Assembly: GCA_965208835.1 (NCBI GenBank)
Contig: OZ242358.1
Coordinates: 1,440,001-1,504,000, forward strand
DNA length: 64,000 nt
Origin: Candidatus Latescibacterota bacterium
GTDB taxonomy: Bacteria > Latescibacterota > UBA2968 > GCA-2709665
Direction: 5' to 3'
A program made the position numbers and the translations under genes. Positions 28,318-36,378 of the stretch are shown here, one piece after another (position 1 is the first letter of the stretch; each line of letters begins with the position of its first letter). The notes under the pieces are model-generated. The model was not told the DNA's origin. It ran no database searches and saw only the letters and a list, made by a program, of their open reading frames with translations.

Positions 28318-29883
28318 ATGAACATCGGCACGCTGCTGACGAAATCCGCGCGCACGTATCCTCAGAATCTGGCCGTGGCGTGCGGTCCCGGGCGGTGGAC
28401 CTACGCCCTGTTCAACGAGCGCGTGAACCGGCTGGCGCACGCATTTGGCAGGCTGGGCGTCCGCCGCGGCGACCACGTCGCCATACTGATGCAGAATCTC
28501 CCGGAAATGCTTGAATCCATGTTCGCGTGTTTCAAGGTCGGCGCTGCGGCCGTGCCGATCAATTTCCGCCTGCATCCCAATGAATACGCGTTTGTCATCG
28601 ACCATTCGGAATCTGAACTGGTTATCATCTCTTCCGAATTCAATGCGCCGGTCTCGCAGATCAGGGAGCGCCTGCCCCGCGTTCGGAACGTCGTCACCAT
28701 CGCGGATGCACACGAGGGAATACTGGACTATGAGACGTTGATTCGCGCCGAGAGCGCCGGGTTTGACGATGCGGGCGTAGATCCCGACGACGTGGCGTGG
28801 GTGTTCTACACGTCCGGAACCACGGCTCAGCCAAAGGGGGCGCTCCTGACGCACCGCAATCTGCTGGCGATGACGATGAACTTCTATTCGGACATCTGCC
28901 AGGGTTTCGGTCCGGATGACGTGGCACTGCACGCGGCGCCGCTGTCCCACGGGAGCGGCCTGTACGCCCTGCCCAACGTCGGCAAGGCCGCGGCCAACGT
29001 CATTCCGGAGACTGTTTCGTTTGACGTCGAGAACGTCCTGGAGGCGATCGAAAGGTATCGTGTAACGAACATGTTCGCGGCGCCGACGATGGTCAAACGT
29101 ATGGCCGAAAGCCCTGCGCTGCACCGGTACGATATTCGATCGCTGAAGATCCTCAACTACGGTGGCGGACCGATGCTGGCCGATGACCTACGGGTTGCCA
29201 TCGAAAAGCTGGGGCCGTGCCTGGTGCAGCTGTACGGTCAGGGCGAATCCCCAATGACGATCACCTGTCTGCCCCACCGCGACCACGTTCTGAACGGCAC
29301 CCCGCAACAGATGAAGAGACTCAGTTCTGTGGGTTTTGCGCGCACCGACGTCGAAATCAGGATCCTGGACAAAGAGGACTTTGAACTCCCGCCGGGCGCC
29401 ATCGGCGAGATCGTTACGCGCTCGGACCTGGTCATGAAGGGTTACTGGCGCAATCCGGGCGCCACCGCGGCCGCTCTGAAGGACGGCTGGCTCCATACAG
29501 GCGACGTGGGGTACATGGACGAAGACGGATACGTTTTTCTGCTCGATCGCTCCAGGGACCTGATCATCAGCGGCGGCGAGAACATCTACCCCCGCGAGAT
29601 CGAAGAGGTACTCATCCGGCATCCGGCCGTTTTCGAGGTCGCGGTCATCGGCGTGCCTCATCCCGAGTGGGGCGAGGCGGTCAAGGCAGTCGTGGTCAGG
29701 GCGCCCGGGCGCGACGTGTCAAGTGAGGAACTGATCGACTTCTGCAAGGGCCGAATCGCCAGCTTCAAGAAGCCGGGATCGGTGGATTTCGTCGGGGAAC
29801 TGCCAAAGAACAACTACGGCAAGGTCGTCAAGAACCTCATAAGGGCGCCGTATTGGGGCGGCAGGGAGAGCCGGGTGATCTGA
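28318..29883 (+). CDS. Acyl-CoA synthetase (AMP-binding)
   Basis: YTSGTT.QPKG, YGQGE, HTGD, ISGGENIYP, LPKNNYGK. Confidence 0.92.
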   Translation: MNIGTLLTKSARTYPQNLAVACGPGRWTYALFNERVNRLAHAFGRLGVRRGDHVAILMQNLPEMLESMFACFKVGAAAVPINFRLHPNEYAFVIDHSESELVIISSEFNAPVSQIRERLPRVRNVVTIADAHEGILDYETLIRAESAGFDDAGVDPDDVAWVFYTSGTTAQPKGALLTHRNLLAMTMNFYSDICQGFGPDDVALHAAPLSHGSGLYALPNVGKAAANVIPETVSFDVENVLEAIERYRVTNMFAAPTMVKRMAESPALHRYDIRSLKILNYGGGPMLADDLRVAIEKLGPCLVQLYGQGESPMTITCLPHRDHVLNGTPQQMKRLSSVGFARTDVEIRILDKEDFELPPGAIGEIVTRSDLVMKGYWRNPGATAAALKDGWLHTGDVGYMDEDGYVFLLDRSRDLIISGGENIYPREIEEVLIRHPAVFEVAVIGVPHPEWGEAVKAVVVRAPGRDVSSEELIDFCKGRIASFKKPGSVDFVGELPKNNYGKVVKNLIRAPYWGGRESRVI

Positions 29884-29905
29884 AGTCACACCCGGCCCAC
29901 CACCT

Positions 29906-30034
29906 GGTGAGAAGGGAGACGTTAGACGGGAGAGATTGCCTGCCTTGTGAGGGTTCTTTTCGTGCCAAAGGCAAGGAGGAAGAACATACCGGGCAAGGAT
30001 TTCATCTACCGTCTACCCTCTTACCTCTACCCGC
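29906..30034 (+). repeat. Family A hairpin repeat, copy 2
   Basis: AGAGATTGCCTGCCTTGTGAG...TGCC-AAA-GGCA...CGGGCAAGGAT with heptamer arms. Confidence 0.85.
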
Positions 30035-30131
30035 CTTTCTTCTACCCTCTACCCGCACTCAGGCTCTTTGTGGCCGATTTGACTGTTGTCTCTCTTCGAA
30101 TTGAGGTTAACAGGTGTCGAGGCGATCTGCT

Positions 30132-31397
30132 ATGATCAAGAAACGAAGACTGGGGCGCGGCGTCGCAATCGTGGGCGCCGGGATGTCGCCGTTCGGCATG
30201 TTCCGGGAACGGGATTCCAGGGACCTGTTCGTGGACGGCTTTCGCGCCATGGTCGACTCGGTGGACAACGGCGTGGATCCCGGAGATATTGATGCGCTCT
30301 ATATCGGCAATTTCACGAACGATTTCTTCGTGCATCAGTCCCACTGGGGAGCCATCCTCGTCGACGCGCTGGGCCTGGTTCCCAAACCTGCGACCCGCAC
30401 GGAGGGCGCATGCGCCTCCAGCGCAATCGCCTTCCGCGAAGGCGTCTTCGCCATCGCGTCGGGATTCTACGATATGGTTCTGGTCGGCGGCGTGGAGGAT
30501 ATGTCAAAACGGTCCACGGCCGACGTGGCGGAGGGCCTGGCGTCGGCGGCGGTGCCCTATGAGCGGAAGTCAGGCTTTACCTTTCCGGGCGTATTCGGCG
30601 CGATCGCGACGGCATACTTCCACAAGTACGGAGCGACGCGCGAGCACCTGATGGACGTGACCATCAAAAGCCATGACAATGCGCCGTTGAATCCGAAAGC
30701 GCAGTTCCGGGCTTCAATCGCCGAGATAATGGAATCGAAGGCGGCGCGCGCGAAAGCGATCGGCAATCCGGCGCCGCGATGGGAGGACGAAAAGGATTTC
30801 CTGCGCGACCCCGGTGTCAACCCGCAGGTCGCCTGGCCCATGCATCTGTTCGATTGCTGTCCCATCAGCGACGGCGCCGGGTGTATTCTGCTGGTCGGCG
30901 AGGAGATGGCCAGGGAGTTTACCGACGATCCCCTTTACGTGGCGGGCCTTGGCCAGGGCAGCGGCAGGGGGCTCCACGCCGCGCCGGACCTGACGAGCTT
31001 CGAGGCCACCCGCCGGGCCGCCCGGGAAGCCTATGCCATGGCGGACCTCGGTCCCGATGACGTACAGTTCGCCGAGGTGCACGACTGTTTTTCCATCGCG
31101 GAGATCCTGCACATCGAGGATCTCGGCTTCTTCGGCCCGGGGGAGGGATGCAGGGCCGCCGGTGAGGGTGCGACCCGGCTGGACGGGCCGAAGCCGATCA
31201 ACACCTCAGGCGGGCTGAAATGCAAGGGTCATCCCGTGGGAGCGACCGGTATCGCGCAGTTGATCGAGGTATGGGAACAGCTGAGGCAACAGGCCGGCGC
31301 GCGACAGGTGCCGAACGGGAACCTGCGCCTGGGTGCGGCACATAACCTCGGCGGCACCGGCGGCACAAGCACGTTTACGATCCTTGAAAGGCGATAG
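30132..31397 (+). CDS. SCP2-type thiolase-family protein
   Basis: EGACASS, CCPISDGA, AEVHDCF, INTSGGL..GHPVGATG. Confidence 0.9.
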   Translation: MIKKRRLGRGVAIVGAGMSPFGMFRERDSRDLFVDGFRAMVDSVDNGVDPGDIDALYIGNFTNDFFVHQSHWGAILVDALGLVPKPATRTEGACASSAIAFREGVFAIASGFYDMVLVGGVEDMSKRSTADVAEGLASAAVPYERKSGFTFPGVFGAIATAYFHKYGATREHLMDVTIKSHDNAPLNPKAQFRASIAEIMESKAARAKAIGNPAPRWEDEKDFLRDPGVNPQVAWPMHLFDCCPISDGAGCILLVGEEMAREFTDDPLYVAGLGQGSGRGLHAAPDLTSFEATRRAAREAYAMADLGPDDVQFAEVHDCFSIAEILHIEDLGFFGPGEGCRAAGEGATRLDGPKPINTSGGLKCKGHPVGATGIAQLIEVWEQLRQQAGARQVPNGNLRLGAAHNLGGTGGTSTFTILERR

Positions 31398-31400
31398 AAA

Positions 31401-31835
31401 TTGGCGACGCAACCGATCAGCGATTACGGGTTCGAAGCGTTCCTCCGGGAAGAGAAACTGATGGGGTCGACGTGCTGCCGATGCGGGGCCACGTTCGTTC
31501 CGCCGCGTCCAATGTGCGCGGAATGTCATCACACGGAAATGCGGTGGACGCGGACGAGGGGCGCCGGCAGGCTCGTGGCACTGACAAGCATCTCCATCGG
31601 TCCGCCCGCAATGCAGGAGGAAGGCTTCAATCGAGAAAACCCGTATTGCACCGGCGTCGTCAAACTGGACGAGGGCCCCAGAGTCGTCGCACGGATAGAA
31701 GGCGTTGACTCGCGGAACCCGGAATCCATCGAAATCGGCGTACCGGTAACCGCGATTTACCTGCATCGCGGCGCGGGTGAAGGCCGCAAAACGCAGCTGG
31801 CCTTTCGGCCTGTGTCCGATGACGTTACCAAATGA
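31401..31835 (+). CDS. DUF35 Zn-ribbon/OB-fold protein
   Basis: C..CG...PPR..C..C zinc ribbon; PY..GVVKLDEGPRV. Starts 3 bp after the thiolase. Confidence 0.9.
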   Translation: MATQPISDYGFEAFLREEKLMGSTCCRCGATFVPPRPMCAECHHTEMRWTRTRGAGRLVALTSISIGPPAMQEEGFNRENPYCTGVVKLDEGPRVVARIEGVDSRNPESIEIGVPVTAIYLHRGAGEGRKTQLAFRPVSDDVTK

Positions 31836-32028
31836 AGCAAACAATTGCGGCGGTTGACGTGCGTGGTTATATTTACGCGCTTGCCTGCCCACGCCGCGAA
31901 TATGTCGACCGTTTTCATTACAGAGACGCGTCATGAGGCGGCTCCGGGAGTGACAGTCAGATCGGCTGACGCCCGCGCTCCAGCGGGAGGATCCAACACC
32001 GGAGCTGGAAAAAAGGAGACATACGGAA

Positions 32029-33882
32029 ATGAGCCGGACACTCAAAGACCTGATGAACGAGAGCTTCGCGGAACACGCGGATCGGACCGCCGTGCGCGTT
32101 CTGAGGCAGTCCGATCAGCAGGGCGAACGGGGCTTGCGATACGTCCCGATGACCTATTCGCAGCTCCGGGAGCAGCGGGATCGTCTGGCGTCCGGACTGG
32201 CCCGCGCCGGTTACGCAAAGGGCGACCGCGTGGGGATACTGACGGACGGCGGCCTCGAGCCTGTGCTGATTTTCCTGGCGGCGGATATGCTGGGGTTGTC
32301 TTCCGTGCCGCTTTGCAACAAGCTGCCGGACGATATTCTCAAGTACATGATCGAGCATTCCGGCCTCGAGGTGCTCTTCCTGGACAGCAGGAGCCGCGAG
32401 CAGGTGGATCGGATACTGCCGGATCTGGCCAAGTCCCCGAAACTGATCCTGACGGAAGGCCAGTCCGACGATATCCGGTCGTTTTTCGCCCTGGTTCAGG
32501 ACGGAGGCGAGGCACCTCCTCCCGACGTGGAAATTTACCCGGACGACGAGTCGAAGGTGGTCTACACATCGGGTTCTTCCGGTCTGCCCAAGGGCGTCGT
32601 GCAGACCCATCGCAACCTGGTGGACAACGTCAGGTCGGTATGGGACGGGATATCCAGCCGCGAACAGCCCGTTCTTTTCAAGTCAGCGCCGGACTACCAT
32701 ACCATGGGCATCCTGAACATCTATTATCCCCTCCTGAAGGGATGGACGCTGGATCTCGCGCGTTCGCCGGACCGGGTGCTGGTGGACATTCGCTATTCCG
32801 AGCCGCACGGCTTCCTGACCGTGCCGCTGATACTGGACAAGGTATATGGAAACGTGAGGAAGGAAATCGACGCGGGAGGCGTAAAGGGCCGGCTCGTGGA
32901 GCGCGCGGTACGGGCCAAGCGGAACATCTCCAGAGGCACGTCGACGTTCGGGGACCGGGCCGTTTATGGCCTGATCGGGAAGAAGGTGGTCGCGGCGATA
33001 AAGGAAAAGCTTTCCCAGCGCGTGGGCGGACGGCTGGAACTTCTGATCGTGGGTTCAGCCAAGGCGGACCCCGAGGCGCTGGATTTCTTCCAGGACGTTT
33101 TGGATATTACTTCGCTCGAAGGGTACGGCACCACAGAGTGCTGTCCCCTCATCTCGGTCAATACGCTGGACGCGCAGAAGACGGGTACCGTGGGAAGGCC
33201 GCTGCAGGAGGTGAAGCTGGTGACCGAAGAGGGTGAGGAGATCGGGTCCGGCGATCCCGCCACGCACACGTACCGGGACACCAACGGGGAAGAGGGAGAA
33301 CTCTGGGTGCACGGGTCCCACGTGATGCGCAAATACCTGAACGATCCCGATCGTACCGCGGAAACGCTGGTGAAGGACGAAGCCGGCAAGACGTGGTATC
33401 GTACGGGGGACCTCTTCAGCATGGACGGTGACGGATACCTGACGTTTCGTGGTCGCCTGGGGCGGCAGTTCAAACTCAGCAACGGAGAGTTCGTGAATCC
33501 CGAAATGCTCGAACGACTGTACGCACGCGTATCGCTTGTGGAACACGTGATTATCTACGGCGATCAGAGCGGGTCCTTTCCCATGCCCGTTGTCACGGTA
33601 AACGTCGAGGAGGCGAGGACGTTATCCGATATCCAGGACCTGCCGGAGGACGATGACGCCGTGCGCAGGCATTCGGGCGTGGCGGATCGACTGCGGGAAC
33701 TCCTGCTGAACGAGGCGACGGCCGCCGGCTTGCCCGGACACGAGCGTCCCCAGAGGATTCTGGTGCTGCCCGACGCGCTCAGCGAGGAGGCGGGTACGCT
33801 GACGCGGGGCCTGAAGAAGGTGGTTCCGGGGGCGATTCTGGAACAGTACCGAGACAGTGTCGAGGCGGCGTATTCCAGTTGA
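32029..33882 (+). CDS. Long-chain acyl-CoA synthetase (FadD15-like)
   Basis: YTSGSSGLPKG, EGYGTTE, YRTGD, LSNGEFVNP, LTRGLK. Confidence 0.9.
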   Translation: MSRTLKDLMNESFAEHADRTAVRVLRQSDQQGERGLRYVPMTYSQLREQRDRLASGLARAGYAKGDRVGILTDGGLEPVLIFLAADMLGLSSVPLCNKLPDDILKYMIEHSGLEVLFLDSRSREQVDRILPDLAKSPKLILTEGQSDDIRSFFALVQDGGEAPPPDVEIYPDDESKVVYTSGSSGLPKGVVQTHRNLVDNVRSVWDGISSREQPVLFKSAPDYHTMGILNIYYPLLKGWTLDLARSPDRVLVDIRYSEPHGFLTVPLILDKVYGNVRKEIDAGGVKGRLVERAVRAKRNISRGTSTFGDRAVYGLIGKKVVAAIKEKLSQRVGGRLELLIVGSAKADPEALDFFQDVLDITSLEGYGTTECCPLISVNTLDAQKTGTVGRPLQEVKLVTEEGEEIGSGDPATHTYRDTNGEEGELWVHGSHVMRKYLNDPDRTAETLVKDEAGKTWYRTGDLFSMDGDGYLTFRGRLGRQFKLSNGEFVNPEMLERLYARVSLVEHVIIYGDQSGSFPMPVVTVNVEEARTLSDIQDLPEDDDAVRRHSGVADRLRELLLNEATAAGLPGHERPQRILVLPDALSEEAGTLTRGLKKVVPGAILEQYRDSVEAAYSS

Positions 33883-33939
33883 AGATGCTCGACAGAAGAG
33901 GCCTTCCGGTCAGTTAATGTCGTATTGAGGGATACAGGT

Positions 33940-34983
33940 ATGCCAGTTTTTTCCGCAGCCGAACTCCGTCGAATCGGGCGGGAGATCTACGAGCGCGCGG
34001 GCGCCACGCCCGAGGAAGCGGAAACGGTCGCGGGGCAGCTGGTGGAGTCCAGCCTGTCCGGCCACGACTCGCACGGTATACAGCGTCTGCCGCAGTACGT
34101 CGCGGGGGTGGAATCCGGACAGATCGTCCCCGGCGCCGTGGTCGAGGTGGAAAGGGAGTCGCCCGCAACGGCCGTGTTGAACGGGAACTGGGGGTTCGGT
34201 CACGTAACCGCCGTCGCCGCAATGGAGGCGGCCATCCGCAAGGCGCGCGAGGCCTCGCTGGGGCTGGTCACGGTCCACCGGTGCAACCACGTGGGCCGGC
34301 TGGGCGCTTTTTCGCCTCTGGCCGCCGAAGCGGACATGATCGGCATGCTGGCGAACAACGGTCACGGGGCCGATCTTGCGATGCCCCCGTCGGGCGGGAT
34401 CGGGAGAATACTCCCCGCGAACTGCCTCGCGGTGGCGTGTCCCTCCGCGGGGGAATTCCCGATCGCTCTGGATTTTACGACAGCGGTGGCGGCCGGAGGC
34501 AAGGTTCGTGTGACGCTGGCAAAGGGCGAACGGATGCCGGACGGATGGATGATCGACCACAAGGGTTATCCCACGAACGATCCGCGGGTGTATATGACGG
34601 AGCCGAAGGGTGCGCTGCTTCCATTCGGCGGCCCAGTGGCCCACAAGGGATACGGGCTGGCCTTCGTGATCGATATTCTCTCGGGCGCCCTGTCTCCGGC
34701 CGGGTGTTCGCGGGAGAATTCGAAGGAAACCGGCAACGCGCTTTTTGTGCAGGCAATAGACATCGAAGCGTTTCAGCCGCTTGAGGATTTCAAGGCCGAG
34801 GTAAAGCGGTTCGTCGACTACGTGAAGTCGGCCGAACCGGCGCCGGGGGCGGACGAGGTGCTGGTGCCTGGAGAGCGTTCGTGGCGCACCAGAAAGGAGC
34901 GATCGCAGTCCGGCATTCCCGTGCCCGACGCCACCTGGGCGCAAATTGTGGAAACGGGGCGAAAGGTGGGCCTCGAACTGTAG
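33940..34983 (+). CDS. Ldh_2 (malate/L-lactate dehydrogenase type 2) oxidoreductase
   Basis: GHDSHG, NHVG, LLPFGG..HKGYGL, VLVPGE. Confidence 0.9.
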   Translation: MPVFSAAELRRIGREIYERAGATPEEAETVAGQLVESSLSGHDSHGIQRLPQYVAGVESGQIVPGAVVEVERESPATAVLNGNWGFGHVTAVAAMEAAIRKAREASLGLVTVHRCNHVGRLGAFSPLAAEADMIGMLANNGHGADLAMPPSGGIGRILPANCLAVACPSAGEFPIALDFTTAVAAGGKVRVTLAKGERMPDGWMIDHKGYPTNDPRVYMTEPKGALLPFGGPVAHKGYGLAFVIDILSGALSPAGCSRENSKETGNALFVQAIDIEAFQPLEDFKAEVKRFVDYVKSAEPAPGADEVLVPGERSWRTRKERSQSGIPVPDATWAQIVETGRKVGLEL

Positions 34984-35025
34984 GGGGCTCGGACTGTCGA
35001 ATCTGTCAGCCGGTAACGAAGGAGG

Positions 35026-36369
35026 ATGTTGGAAGTGTCAGACGAAATTCGATCAAGAGCCGAGGGCGCCCGGGCCGCTGCGCTGCAGTTGAGCCACGCG
35101 TCCGAGGGAGACCGTAACGCTGCCCTGGAAGCCATCGCACGGGGCCTTGAAGCCAATGCGGGCGCCATACTGGAGGCAAACCGGAGGGATCTGGAAGCCG
35201 CGGACGTCCTGCTGGCCGAAGGCAGGCTGACGGGCGCGCTGGTGGGGCGGCTGAAGGTGGATGAGGTCAAGCTGCGCAACGAAATCATCCCGGGCGTGCG
35301 TAGCGTGAAAGCACAGGAGGACCCCATTGGCCGGACGCTGGCAGCGACCGAGATGGACCAGGGTTTGAAAATGTACAAAGTATCTGTACCGATCGGTGTC
35401 CTGGGGATCGTTTTCGAATCGCGGCCTGACGCGCTCGTGCAGATCGCCACGCTTTGCCTGAAGTCGGGCAATGCTGTACTGCTCAAGGGCGGCAGCGAGG
35501 CGTTTCATACCAACCGCGCGCTGGCGAGCGTCCTCATCGGTTCCACGCGCGGCCTGCCCGGCATTCCTGACGGCTGGATGCATCTGATGGAGGCGCGTGA
35601 GGACGTGCAGGCAATTCTGGACCTGCACCATCTGATCGATCTCATCATCCCAAGGGGCGGCAACGAATTGGTTCAGTACATTATGCGGAATACCCGGATT
35701 CCGGTGATGGGGCACGCCGACGGCATCTGCCACGTGTACGTGCATGCGGCGGCGGACCTCGAGAAGGCGAAGCGGATCTGTCTGGATGCCAAAACCCAGA
35801 ATCCCTCGGGCTGCAACGCGGCTGAAACCCTGCTTGTTGACAGAGATATCGCGGGTGAATTCCTGCCGGAGATGGTCGGGATCTACCAGCGGAACGGCGT
35901 CGATGTGCGGGGCGACGATCTGACGCGAACGCTGGCGGGAGATGATCTACCACGGGCGACGGAAGAGGACTGGGGAACGGAATATCTCGACATGGTGATT
36001 TCCGTTAAAGTGGTGAACGGCGTTCGGGAAGCGGTCGATCATATCAACCGCTACAGCAGCAATCACACCGATACGATCGTCACGGAGGACAGGGCTGCGG
36101 CGGCCCGGTTTCTGCGCGAGGTGGATTCCGCGTCCACGCTGCACAACGCGTCGACCCGGTTTGCCGACGGTTACCGCTACGGCCTCGGCGCAGAGGTCGG
36201 GATCAGCACCAACAGGCTGCACAGCCGGGGGCCCGTAGGGCTTGAGGGCCTCGTAATCTATAAATACATCATTGAGGGGAACGGGCAGATTGCGGGCGAC
36301 TATATCGGAGAGGACGCGAGGGCGTTCACCCATCGACCCCTGTCCGAGACCTGGACTCCCGAAAGCTGA
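35026..36369 (+). CDS. proA: Gamma-glutamyl phosphate reductase
   Basis: VPIGV..IVFESRP, IPRGG, GICH.YV, CNAAETLLV, NASTRFADG, GAEVGIST, RGPVGL. Confidence 0.95.
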   Translation: MLEVSDEIRSRAEGARAAALQLSHASEGDRNAALEAIARGLEANAGAILEANRRDLEAADVLLAEGRLTGALVGRLKVDEVKLRNEIIPGVRSVKAQEDPIGRTLAATEMDQGLKMYKVSVPIGVLGIVFESRPDALVQIATLCLKSGNAVLLKGGSEAFHTNRALASVLIGSTRGLPGIPDGWMHLMEAREDVQAILDLHHLIDLIIPRGGNELVQYIMRNTRIPVMGHADGICHVYVHAAADLEKAKRICLDAKTQNPSGCNAAETLLVDRDIAGEFLPEMVGIYQRNGVDVRGDDLTRTLAGDDLPRATEEDWGTEYLDMVISVKVVNGVREAVDHINRYSSNHTDTIVTEDRAAAARFLREVDSASTLHNASTRFADGYRYGLGAEVGISTNRLHSRGPVGLEGLVIYKYIIEGNGQIAGDYIGEDARAFTHRPLSETWTPES

Positions 36370-36378
36370 GGTCTTGAA

